A stretch of DNA of 56,063 bases, taken from NCBI RefSeq assembly GCF_001194135.2, contig NC_068982.1:126083345-126139407 (forward strand), written 5' to 3'. The notes beneath the pieces are model-generated. The model saw only the letters and a program-made list of their open reading frames with translations, had not been told where the DNA came from and did no database searches. The position numbers and the translations under genes are program-made. Source of the DNA: Octopus bimaculoides. Taxonomy: Eukaryota. Of the stretch, positions 10,701 through 22,293 are shown in pieces (the stretch's first letter is position 1; the number at the start of each line of letters is the position of its first letter).

Positions 10701-12150
10701 CTTGTAACTGCCTCTATTCTCCTGATAACCTGTTTTGTAGTTGGTATACCTCAACTATAGCCGCTATATTAACAGAGATCTACTGTATTTTGTAGTTGGT
10801 CTATTATCAAATAAATATCTTTACCTCTACTAACAGTATTAGTATTATAGTTAATATACTGAGTCTTACCTACTAAACAATAGCTAGCACTTAAGATACT
10901 ACTATTTCTGATACTGAGGCTTATCTAGCTTCTAATACTTTACATTATATCTGAAAGTTTTGTTGCTTTTTAGAACATTTTACTATAACCTAGTGCATAA
11001 CTTTTTTCTCTCAAAAGAATTTGATATCTGTCATTGAACATAACTGTCTCTAATTATATTCCAGAAGTCTAGAATTCTGATTTTTTTGCCCCATTTTAAG
11101 TTTCTCTGCAATATGAAAAATATGGAATATGTTATCATTTTCTTCATTTAGATTTTTCCTTTTTAGTAAATTAACAACTAATAAAAACAGAGGCAAAACT
11201 TATTGGTAATGTTTAAGCGTATCAATTGCTTAGCACCAAGTTTGGTATTAAACTAATTTACACACACAGTTACTAATTTACAGTCATAGATGCTAATTTA
11301 CATAGAACATGCTTGAATTGTGAAATCCTAGCATGTTACCATCTGAGTACTGAAATATGAAAAGTTTTAAAAAACTAACTTTTCTGTACTATAGATGCTC
11401 CTATGGTGCTTTTCAAAGTATTCTCTAACTACGCTTTACTATGTAAATTAAGCTTTTATTATGATGCAATACTTTGGAAATGTCTGTTCCTAAAAGCAGG
11501 TTTTTGTACAAGAAATTTTTAACAGTCCTAATGAGAGTTTACAATCAGCCGTAAAAAAAATTTGTTGAAAACTAATAGTATTTATTGCATGAAGTTGTTT
11601 AATTTTTCCATTAACTTAAGCCATTGGGTTCTAAAAGGAAAATTATATTGCTTATTTACAATACCTTGAAGTTACAAATTATTTATTATCTTAATGTGTA
11701 AATAAATAGATCTGGATATGAAGCAAAATGAAATTATAATTAAATTAGCACTTTAACTTGTGGACCAATCTTTGTAAACAGTTATAACTTCCAACTAAAA
11801 AAAATCCTTGGAGAGGTGAATTTGAAACCAGAGGCCTAACTTTCCAACCTCATAATTAAAATAACTTCTTATACTATTCTTTTAATCTAATTTTTAAAAG
11901 TGAAAGAAGACCTTGTTCATTTCCTGTTGAGATAAATATCCTGAATTTCAACTCAACTTGATTATCTTGCCATAGCATGTAGTATACTATACTGCATGCC
12001 ATTCATTACTTTTAGGTAAAAGTTATACTTGTCCTTTGCAAGCATTGAGTGCAGATAAGGTGTTGCTGAAACAGGGATTCCAAACTTTCAGTTGTTCAAT
12101 TGTATCATTTGCACTGGACTATTCAACAGTGAATGCTATGAAGAAATGAA
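10701..12150 (+). CDS. Candidate exons 10701-10743 and 12016 onward, unknown product
   Basis: acttttcag/...TTG/gtatac and ttacttttag/G. Phases join 8342 to 10701 to 12016, giving LVTASILLITCFVVGKSYTCPLQALSADK (hydrophobic, signal- or TM-like). Short exons could be chance. Confidence 0.2.
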
Positions 12151-12507
12151 ATGGTCTTCTCTGATGCTTTACTGTGGAGTTTGTGTGTTTGGTTACTTAG
12201 TTCTACGGTTTGAACTAGTATCAGTCTGGTACTTTTGGTAGAAAGTAGTTGTAAAAATCTTAGAAGAGTCTATATCCAGCAAAAGTTTCTTTCTTTATAT
12301 AAAACATTGATTCTCCACCATTTTTTGTCTATAGACTCTTTCGATTCCTATTTTATTCAGATGGACTTCCTTAGTCATTCACTGTATGTAAAAAAAGAAA
12401 ATCAAAAAAAAATCATGCTGTATCTTTATAATTAAATATTATTTGGAATTGTATAAAAAAAAACAAAGTAGTTTGTGCATTGTAGAAGTATAATCAATTT
12501 ATTGCAG

Positions 12508-13520
12508 ATTAGCAATGTATCCTAGCGTTGCCCTGGTGTTATGACCTACAGCCATATTGTATTATTTGTTTCTTTCTTATGGGAAGAATCGGCACAGCTG
12601 ATATATAGTGAACTGGATTACTGGCATAATGGAAGTTATTGTTTGTTTAAAAGTGAAGGTGGGGGTGGGTTTACATAAAAGTGCTTTCTGTTCTTAAGAA
12701 GGATCACAGACTATGTATTGTTTCATCGTATAAAAGGGGGTTCATATGATTTTGCCCAGAAATCACGTTTTCAAAATTTTAATTTCCTCCCATCCTCACC
12801 ACAATTTCTTGATTTGTAACTTTTTTTCGAATTTTTTTTTTTATCCACATAGAAAAATAGAGATTACGAATCTGGAAAATATATATATTTTTTTTAAAGG
12901 TTAATTTTTCTTCAAGAAACACTCAATGTCCCTTCCCCCACCTCGGCCACCCACTTTCAAAAAGCTAAAACCTTTTAATGTTTCACTTTCGTCTGATGTT
13001 TCATGCCTGCATAAAATTATACTGAAACAGTAGATATAAAAAAATACCAGACCACCACCAGGAAACCCAACATGCTAGAAATAACAGGTAAACAACATCA
13101 TTTCTGAAGAAACTTACCCACTTTCCGAAAAGCTAGAAGTGAAACATTAGGAGTTTGTAGCTTTTTGAAAGTAGTGAGGTGATGGGTGGATGTTTGGGAA
13201 GGAGATTTTAGTGTTTCTTTAAGAAAAAAGGAAGAAGAAAATTCTTAAAGATTTGTACCCTCTGTTTTTTTCTCCATGAATTACCAAGAAAAAATTTGGA
13301 GAAAAGCAAAAATGAAGAAATTGGGGTTGGGAGGGAGAAAATTTGAGAACGTGTTTTTGGGGGCAAAATCCTAATCTCCTGTATCAAAAACATAGGAATT
13401 GGAAAAACATTAGGAACAAAAATAAGGTAAAGGACAGGATTTCTGGGAAATCTTCTTTTTAAGTTTATATCAAAAATCAGGTTTTTAAATATGCTCATCA
13501 CAAACAGAAATTACAGAATA
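12508..13520 (+). mobile_element. Putative non-autonomous Helentron/DINE-like element
   Basis: 5' motif tagcaatgtatcctagcgttgccctgg resembles DINE/HINE subterminal starts; ends tcacaaacagaaattacaga; contains a diverged internal inverted repeat (about 12749-12815 versus 13310-13375). Confidence 0.35.
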
Positions 13521-14019
13521 CATAAAGGTCATTTCAATAGGACTTGGGCTGTTATTTTGTGCATGTACACAGCAAGAAATAACATAATTCATACAGAAGT
13601 TTTACCTAGAGTGTGTGTGTGCCAAAGTAAGTTATTTTATGGCATTCTTTCATTTGAAGCAGCAAAGTTGTCAACTCAATCATATGGTCAATCATATGGG
13701 ATTATATGATTGTTTGTTAATTTCCATAAAAATTTTTTATTTCTTTATGCTTTGAAGAGAGCATAAATTGAAAGAGAGGAGAAAGTGAAAAAGCGGCATT
13801 TGCTTTGAAGTGAGAGCAGAAAATGAAAGATGTATGTATGTGTATTTGAAGTGTGTGTGTGTGTGTGCATGAGTGCATGAGAGAGTGAGAGAGAGAGAGT
13901 GAAGGTGTGTGTTGTGTATGTATTTTTTTTGCATGTATGTGTAAGTAGCTAATTAACTGAATATATGATAAGAACATGACAATATGTCAGACATATGGGC
14001 TACTGTATGATTCTGTGAT

Positions 14020-14315
14020 ATCGCAGCCATGACCGATGCCAGTGTTGCATGTCCGGTCCATTAAAAAGTACCTTTGATGCATCAGGTGATATGATATGCT
14101 TGAGAAGACCTGTTGAGTCAAATAGCTTCCATGCCGGTGGCACGTAAAAAGCACCCACTACACTCTTGGAGTGGTTGGTGTTAGGAAGAGCATCCAGCTG
14201 TAGAAGCATTGCCAGATCAGATTGGAGCCTGGTGCAGCTGCTGGCTTTCCAGACCTCAGTCAAACCGTCCAACCCATGCCAGCATGGAAAGTGGACTTTA
14301 AACGATGATGATGAT
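14020..14315 (+). mobile_element. RTE LINE 3' UTR fragment (family A)
   Basis: ggtggcacgtaaaaagcacccactacactc...gtccaacccatgccagcatggaaag...(GAT)n. Confidence 0.85.
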
Positions 14316-14739
14316 ACTATGTAACAATGTAGTTGGATCAGATCTTAGAAAGTTAGCTCTTTCAGAAGTACTTGGGGCAAAAAATGTATGGTTCAATGTG
14401 CAAAACCATTCAGTTGATTGGAGCATACAAAATCACCCACATTGATGATTGCCATCACAGTGGCAGTTTGATGATGACAAAGGTTGCAATGTTGTTATTG
14501 TTGTTCTTCTCGGCGCTTTGGCTCCATTGTTTTACATTAATTAGTGTGTTAAGAGAAAATTTTCTGTCAGTTGTGGAATCAAAAAAATTGGATTCGGGAA
14601 ACGTTTTACCAATCCTAGTGAACTAAGATTGTAAAACAAACTTTATTCTGTGTGTATTTCTCTGAGTTTATATTACTTATAACAACCAACAACAACAACA
14701 ACAATGATAATAATAATCCTTTTTTTCTTTATTTTACAG

Positions 14740-14870
14740 AAAACAGTCTGTCTTTACTGCTACATCTTCCTGTATTCTTATCTTACAACCAACCAAGTAA
14801 TCATCCACTGACCAAACGTAGCTTGCAGTGTGCAGAAAACGAAGCAAATAAATAAATCGTTTACTATATA

Positions 14871-14909
<39 letters not shown>

Positions 14910-15068
14910 NNNNNNNNNNTTAATTTAGAAAGCAGAAAATTTCTTTGTAAATTTTAAGCTGTTTAGTTAAATGTCTACAGATATCAAATCTAAGTGCTTG
15001 ACCTCAAGAAGAGAGGTTAAGATTTTTGGATAATGGTAACTTTTTGCTGTAGACAACAAGTCAAAAGG

Positions 15069-15099
<31 letters not shown>

Positions 15100-16806
15100 C
15101 ACACACACACACGCACACACACACATGTATATGTAAATTTCAATGCTTGTAGCTGTTTGTTTTCTATTGTAATAAATTTCAAAGTGTACTGTGTATTTTT
15201 TTTTTCCCCTCTTTGTTGTCTTTGTAAAAAATATATTCAAACATAGTTTAACTAATGGAAACCTTTTTGCTCAGGGAATTAATCATTTTGACCCAACTAT
15301 CATTATCATCATCAAGTTGAGGTTGATGTGAACAGCTTGGGTCATCTGTTGATATTTCTTTAGCGGAGACTAAAACAGTAGCAGCTGATTGTTGCACCTT
15401 TCCTTGGAAGATACCCCTTGATTGAACACAAGACTCATTTTCAGGGGAGTTAACTAGAGCAACAAGAACTGAAGCCTCTTGCTTAATAACACAATGTGTT
15501 GCCCAGTTCATAAATCAAACTAACACTTCTATGGTTGTGATTACAGCACTCTAACCATTAGGCCACAGTAGCTCACTGATAATTGTTCTATGTTGCTTTG
15601 ATGCTTTAGGTTTCTTAACTCTTTCATCTTCAAAATCATCACCACCTTTATAATAATATCTCTGATGATAAAGATCATCACCACCCTTCTCTTCATCATC
15701 ATCATCACCATCATCGTCATCGTTGTTTTTGTTATGTCGAATGATGGTAGAATATGGCAGACAACAGTAAATAGCAGAACCAGTGAGTTCTTTAATCTGT
15801 TTTATGTATATATGAAAAAAAAAAGAAAAAAATTAAATTAAGCAATAGTCTCAAAGACCAGGAAGGTTACCAGACAAATAACAAACTAGAAGGAGAATAT
15901 GAAAGTTGAAAGATTTTCTATCAAGTACTCTTTCTAATTGTTACTAGACGATGCTTGTTTAGATAAAGAATCGGAGGTAGAAGGAATAACAACTGCTTGT
16001 TCTTATTGAAATATGCTGCTACAAACTACTGACCATTTCTGTACTTGGAACAGAACCCCAATCAGGTAATGGGTTTTAAGGGATTAAGGACATGTTTAAT
16101 GGGAATAGAAAAAAAGAAAAGAAAGAAAATGGAGTCGTTATCATGAAGCTATGTAGGAACCAATTAGCGACAAGAAGAATTCATATTTACTGTATCCTGT
16201 TGGTGATGTAAGAAACAACTAATTAGTGAGGCTTACACCTAACTTTGGACACCTCAACATAGTCACAATCATCTTTGTAGCTCCATGAAGACATATTGGG
16301 TGTAGCATATACATTTATCCATTACTTAAACATGCCAGTGGCATGTCAAAAGCACTATATGAACATGGTCGATGCCAGTGCAGCCTGACTGGTTCCATGC
16401 CGGTGGCACACAGACGGCACCATTTGAGTGTGGTCAATGCCAGTACTGCCTGACTGGCTCCCATGCCAGTGGCACATAAAAAAAGCACCCACTACACTCT
16501 CAGAATGGTTGGCATTAGGAAGGGTATCCAGCTGTAGAAATCTTGCCAGATCAGATTGAAGCCTGGTGCAGCCTCCTGGCTTGCCAGTCCTCAGTTAAAC
16601 CATCCAACCCATGCCAGCATGGCAAGCAGATGTTAAACAACAATGATGATGATGAATTCACCCAGTTTTCAACCATAAATTAAAACATTCTTATTTACAA
16701 AAATAGTTGCAAATATGTAATACTTCCCAACATTCTTTTTACAGTGACTCAAGCAAGATACGAACAAATTGTAACATTGAAAATGGCTAGCATAAAGAAC
16801 TGCAAG
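14740..16806 (+). CDS. Candidate exons 14740-14796 and 16745-16806, unknown product (weak FN3-like pattern)
   Basis: ttttacag/ ... CAA/gtaatc and ttcttttacag/ ... AAG/gtgata. Joined frame ENSLSLLLHLPVFLSYNQPMTQARYEQIVTLKMASIKNCK is open. Confidence 0.2.
15248..15453 (-). CDS. Candidate terminal coding exon of an unidentified minus-strand gene
   Basis: Acceptor ttcttgttgctctag/, phase 1 matching the upstream exon; open NSPENESCVQSRGIFQGKVQQ...SWVKMINSLSKKVSIS*. Confidence 0.5.
15577..15796 (-). CDS. Coding exon of an unidentified minus-strand gene (acidic/basic low-complexity C-terminal region)
   Basis: Strong acceptor (poly-T...acataaaacag/), 73 open codons IKELTGSAIYCCLPYSTIIRHNKNNDDDDGDDDDEEKGG...KKPKASKQHRTII, donor A/gtgagc. 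Confidence 0.65.
15900..16310. mobile_element. Old RTE LINE remnants
   Basis: Plus strand DACLDKESEVEG..NMLLQTTDHFCTW resembles the RTE linker; minus strand MLHPICLHGATKMIVTMLRC resembles the RTE post-RT MLHG..MLRW motif. Confidence 0.4.
16330..16655 (+). mobile_element. RTE LINE 3' UTR fragment (family A)
   Basis: Subrepeats, core and (GAT)n tail. Confidence 0.8.
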
Positions 16807-17222
16807 GTGATAAAACTATAAAATGATGATTAAGGGCTATGGTGAATGAAAAGATGGCTGCTCTGAATTGTAAATATATGTGTAATATATTGTCAATAAA
16901 TACAACAATCATCTTGTAAACTTTCATTAATCAAAGCCTTAATCATTTTTTATTGCATGATAAAATGAATAATGAGTGAATATAATGTTGCACCGTGTAC
17001 ATCAATCACTTAACAGATAACAGTGGATGCCACTAAGAACTGTCACATGCCATGGAAGATAAAAATGGTTGGAGGATCAACCTCATGCTAATCTGAGCAA
17101 GCTTAATTTACATGAGATTCATGTAGGTCTGGTTCATGATTTATCCAGATTCTTTTAATAACCTCAAAATTACTCATGACAGATCTCCAACTTTCCCTGC
17201 ATTCATGTGTATAATTTTCTAT

Positions 17223-17867
17223 TTAACCTTTTATCTTTTAATCTGGCCAAAAATATTCTCCATTTTATGTTAAAACTGACCAGATTCATACTCTCACCTC
17301 TACCCTAGAATGTTATTCTCAAAATATACAAACATACGAATGAAATCTTGAAGCCACAAGATAAGGTATGGTTAATTCAAAACAATGGATCATTACCAGC
17401 GTCGCCTTACTGGCACTTGTGCCAGTGGCACGTTAGAAAACATTCAAGCGAGGTCATTGCCAGTGTTGCTGGACTGGTTCCTGTGCAGGTGGCACGTAAA
17501 AAAACACCATTTTGAGCGTGGCCGTTGCCAGTACCGCCTGACTGGCCCTCGTGCTGGTGGCATGTAAAAGCACCCACTACACTCTCAGAGTGGTTGGCGT
17601 TAGGAAAGGCATCCAGCTGTAGAAACTCTGCCAGATCAGATNNNNNNNNNNTCTCAGAGTGGTTGGCGTTAGGAAAGGCATCCAGCTGTAGAAACTCTGC
17701 CAGATCAGATTGGAGCCTAGTGCAGCCATCCGGTTCATCAGTCCTCAGTCAAATCGTCCAACCCATGCTAGCATGGAAAGCGGACGTTAAACTATGATGA
17801 TGATGATGATGAATGTGAATAAATAAGTATTACATTAAACAAAGAAATCTGAATGCTGAAGGGTTAA
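17223..17867. mobile_element. piggyBac-type MITE interrupted by a family A insertion
   Basis: TTAA at both ends (ttaacctttt ... gctgaagggttaa). Left part to about 17386 and right part from about 17811 join into the 6708-6931 sequence. Confidence 0.7.
17390..17810 (+). mobile_element. RTE LINE 3' UTR fragment (family A), young, with a 10-N gap
   Basis: Near-consensus family A sequence; the overlap duplicated around the gap is an assembly artefact. Confidence 0.85.
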
Positions 17868-18199
17868 ATATATGGCAACCTAAAAATGGCCCCTCTGATA
17901 ATTACACCTGGCTTTTGACAACCCAGTCTATTTACCTTCAGAATTAATCTTTCATCAAAGCATTGCTAAGTCTTTAAACTTTTGTTGCCCCTGAGACCCT
18001 GTATACTGATGTCATTTCAAACATATTTCTCTGCCTGATTCTCATAAACATATTGTTTGTAATTCAGAATACTTCATGTGTCCTCACAGCACAGAACATT
18101 AGCAAACCTCCTCTATTTTTTACTCTCTTCTACCTCCGATTCTTTATCTAAACAAGCATCGTCTAGTAACATATTTCTCTGCCTGATTCTCATAAATTT

Positions 18200-18625
18200 A
18201 GAAAGTTTATTTCATAATCTTCTATTAGTGAGGTGTTCTGTCCAGGACCCATTCAAAATGGTAGGAAGTGTGCACATGGTTAGTATCCTGATGGAAGAGT
18301 CATAAAGCAGCACAAATCCAGCAGTTTCAAAATGAAGTTTCTTTTCAGATTCTTCGAAACCTTAATTTTCCATATTGTGTTGAAACTTTGAAGTGCTGCC
18401 CAAGCTTTGCTGATCTGTAAATTAATATCTGACTCACTAGATACAATATTGCTCCTGAGGTTTGTGCAAGGATTTGCTGGGTTTATGATATGGAAAGCCT
18501 GGAAGAGTTCAGTAAAATTTAATATGATACAGGCTGAAATATTGGTTAATTACAAAGATAAAAATGCAGCAACATTTGAGAAGTGGCCTTATACGATATG
18601 TAGGAAAGGAGTTTGTAACACAGTC
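18200..18625 (+). mobile_element. Degraded RTE reverse-transcriptase fragment
   Basis: QDPFKMVGSVHMVSIL resembles F.V.VGVHQGSVL, and KWPYTICRKGVCN resembles the RTE KWPCSICRKGVG motif. Confidence 0.6.
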
Positions 18626-18689
18626 ATAGCCTTTGTCTTGGTTCCTCCTACTCCTCATGGAGAATTGATGAGAGATCTCCACCTTGTAT

Positions 18690-19030
18690 GCAAAACCTAT
18701 CATGAACCTACTCCAAGCCCAGGCCCACATCTGTCAGATCCTTCTCCACAGTTTTCAACTAGATCCTCACAGGTCTGCTTAGCCTTCTTCTATGTCTCAT
18801 CTTTGGCTTCCACTTGTGAAAGGCTCTCCCTAATCTCTTTAAAGCCGTGGCTCCACTAAGTCCCTTCTCCACATCACTTTCCAAGTTTAACATCTGTAGC
18901 AATGTTAGTAGTACAGAGGTAAATAAACAAATCAATGATCTCTGGAGTCTGATCCTCCAGCCAGACTTGTTGCTGTTTGCCTCATCAATAATCATAAATT
19001 TTTCCTCTTTCCATTGTTGATCTAAAAACC
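18690..19030 (-). mobile_element. Degraded RTE LINE C-terminal fragment
   Basis: WKPKMRHRRRLSRPVRI*LKTVEKDLTDVGL resembles the RTE G.R.RGRP..TW..TV.KDL motif. Confidence 0.6.
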
Positions 19031-19242
19031 AACCTTTCTTTGATAGCGTTTTCTTTCCAAGACATATTCAAAATGGGATGGTCGTAGCTGAAGTGTTTTA
19101 ATACTGTGCTTGATACATTAAATACTTAATACTTGCTACATTAAACATATATATACTTATGTGTTAAATATCATCATACGTTAAATACTTAATACATTAA
19201 ATGTTGGTAATTAGTACAAATGCAATACAATGTAATCTCTAC

Positions 19243-19332
19243 CTGAGTGATAAATCCAAAACTTTAGATGCATAATCTGTACAGGAGTACTTATCAACAG
19301 AAGCACCCATCACACAAATTCCGTAAATTACT
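19243..19332 (-). CDS. Candidate 90-bp internal exon
   Basis: Acceptor atcttctattaaccag/, donor CAG/gtagag; single open frame VIYGICVMGASVDKYSCTDYASKVLDLSL (phase 2-2). It does not join the 15796 exon in that exon's best frame. Confidence 0.35.
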
Positions 19333-20199
19333 CTGGTTAATAGAAGATATTGAAAATTTCTAAATAATTAATTGATGTATTTAATGTTGGACATAGTAGT
19401 TGTAAAAGTATAGTTATGGAGATAAGAAAAAGCTGAAGGAATTCAGTTTTGTTTGATCTCAGGATCAATGTGTTTCTGTATAAAAGACAGTCTGTATTAT
19501 ATTAAAGTCATTCGCTTGAGAATTGAATGAATACTACAACATCCCATTTCCTCTCTAAAATAAATCTGTAGTATTTGTAGTATTATTCCAAGAACTGAAA
19601 CAACAGAGAGTTTATATTCCTAGTCTTATAGAAATTAACTCTTTGTTCCCTCCGTTGAGATGTCATAAAATATGAATCAGTAATGAACAAAAATCACAAA
19701 TTGACTATACTTAAGACCTTGTGCTTAAGTAAAATAAACCATTCTTATTTTGAAATCAGTAAAGTTCAAATCTCACTGAGATTAACTTTACCTGCTAGTC
19801 CTCCAGTATTGATCAAAGTACCATTCAAGTACTGTCATTGACTAATCCCCACCCACCAAATTTGTAACTTTGTACCTAAGTTAGAAACAATTATTTTGAG
19901 AGCAATGGAATGGCAGCAATAGAGTAATTTAGAGTATTATGTTCTGAGTGAACCCCACCCCCATCTCACTCTAGAAGATTAAATAAGTTCCAGTGACATG
20001 CTGTTATAGGTTCAGTTATCTCCCTTAGGAATTTGTGGCTTTGTGCTAATTTGGGAAATTCTTATAATTAATGTTTTCAATATTGGGAGGTGCCATGGTG
20101 TAGCAGTAATTGTTGTTATTACTTATCCCCAGGCCAGCACTGTCTTAGATATATCACCTATGACCTTCTCAATTTTATTTATTTATTTTTGTTTGTCAG

Positions 20200-20312
20200 A
20201 CATAATGTATCTAGGACTACACTATTGAGCATGTTTTCGAAGGGTTGGATTTGAGGAATATTTACATGTTATCTGTAACAAGTTGAGTGAATGTGTTGAA
20301 GCTCCCTTGTTG
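20200..20312 (+). other. Well-bounded candidate exon with one in-frame TGA
   Basis: Acceptor ttttattttgtttgtcag/, donor TTG/gtgagg; best frame DIMYLGLHY*ACFRRVGFEEYLHVICNKLSECVEAPLL. Confidence 0.3.
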
Positions 20313-22205
20313 GTGAGGATGTAAATCCAATACAAAATTCCTGGTTCAATTTTGATTCTTAGTTTTAAATTACTTTTGCTTATGAAGTTAATACTTTTAT
20401 GGAAAGTATGAAAATCATAATCTCTCAATTCTTTTCTTATGTGTCTTTTGGTATTGTGTGCTTGAGCTTACATGGACCAATAAACTGCAAATATCTAGAT
20501 ACAAAAATACTATTTGAACAATACTGTAACACCATTTTAAAGGCCTATGTCTTCCACTGGAACCAGACATACAAAATATACAAATACACCAATATAACTT
20601 CAATATTGATTTGCAGACAAGACCTGAATTATGTATTGGGAAACTAATCCCTTTCAGTGAATGTTAGAGTCAAAGAATGATACTACATCAAATGGCCTTT
20701 AATGAAGGCTTTTCATCATAGAGTTAAACAAAAAAAAATTGTTTTCATCCATAAAGCTGATGATCTTGGTTAACATTAATTAACATTAATTAGTCAGAAA
20801 ATTAATTTTAGAACTGGTTTCAAGACAATTATTGAAAGGTCAATGGTTTACTTCCTATCACTGGAACTGTGCTGTGTCTCTAGTTGAGATGTTAAAGTGT
20901 TGACTTTAACCCTTCCTCTGGGTGAAGCTTGGAGAGATAGGGAGACAGGTTCTGTCAAGGTGACTTGTTCATAAAGACCAAGTCTCCAGTGGTGCCTCTA
21001 TAATCAATGGATTAACACTACAGTCCATAAATAATACAAGATACAAGGCAATTAACCAAGAATTGATTTTCACCTTGCTGAAAGCACTTATTTAATGATA
21101 GAATCAAGTATTGTCAATTAGTTTTGCTTTGTTTTCAGTCATCCTGCACCTAGGCAGCAAGGGAAAAAAAGAGGATGAAGACAGATGATAGGTAATTGTG
21201 AAAAGGAAATATTAATACAATCCCATTAGAAAAGGCATAACTGACTCTACTACTCATTTGTCTTCTATTAAATTTAAAGGTTTTGTGCTTGTGTAAATGA
21301 AAAAAAAAATCAATTATATTCCTGACACACCTTAATATTATCAATACCATGCAAGATCTATTATGTAATTAAAATAGACTAATTCTACATTACTATAGAC
21401 AATTGATGAAGTAAGTTTTAACTTTATTTCGAATATCACTATCACACAAAGAGGAGAGCTATGTGTTACAACACATGTGATGCAGTAGTTTTCTATCAAT
21501 ACTTCCAACACACAAGTTAGCTAGCTTATATTATATACCTAAGTAACACAGCAGTTCTCTTTCACTGCTTCTACCATAGAATAAGACCAGCAAGTTATAT
21601 CTTCCTAACACAATTGTTTATCTTCTCCATACACCACACGTAAGTTGAAAATAAACAACAGACTAGTTCTCTATATTTCATTCTTACTATCCAACATTTA
21701 GGTTTACATTTACAATAATGAATTCAACATTTTCTGGAATAAAATAAATGCATTTCTTTTATTCTAGCATACTCTTTAAGTTTCATACCAAACTTCAGGA
21801 ATCTCATTATATCTTATGTCCAAAGGTATAACCAAATCTGACATTCTTTCACATCAATACTACCAAAGTTGTTGTTACTGTACTATGACATATTTCTGTA
21901 TTGATTAGAGTATTTCAGTTTTTCGCAGGTTCTATTGTTGATTTCCTGCAATATTCTGTAGTAGATTTTCTTAGATTATTCCAATTACTCCGTATTAATA
22001 GTACACATATTTTAAATAAATTGATTTTATGAAGTTAGTTTTAATTAACTCAGATAGGAATTATTAATTTAATTAACAATGTAGTAAAATCTATGATTAA
22101 TAGGCTTTCCTACATTAAATAATATTGAAGAAAGCTTCTATAATCTCCGCAGAGCTGGTGATTTAGTTCGATTCTAGATATGGAAATATATCTTCATGTT
22201 TGTAG

Positions 22206-22293
22206 TTATAGACTATCATGTAGAGTATGCAACCTATCCAATGATACATAGCTCTGCTGCTACCATTGTTGTTTCCAATACTATTCTCACCAG
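22206..22293 (+). CDS. Candidate exon (IDYHVEY, FN3 strand C-like)
   Basis: catgtttgtag/ ... AG/gtctac; open IDYHVEYATYPMIHSSAATIVVSNTILT. Confidence 0.2.

Noticed and set aside
14372-14626. ORF with signal-peptide-like MMTKVAMLLLLFFSALWLHC
   Set aside because: Short, starts at a non-ATG codon, the hydrophobic run comes from a (TTG)-like tract, and there is no splice or homology support.
17582-17710. Direct duplication of about 60 bp around a 10-N gap
   Set aside because: Unmerged contig overlap, an assembly artefact.
20415-20647. Overlapping open frames on both strands, with a possible minus-strand exon at about 20472-20623
   Set aside because: Phase is incompatible with the next minus-strand candidate exon, and neither peptide is recognisable.
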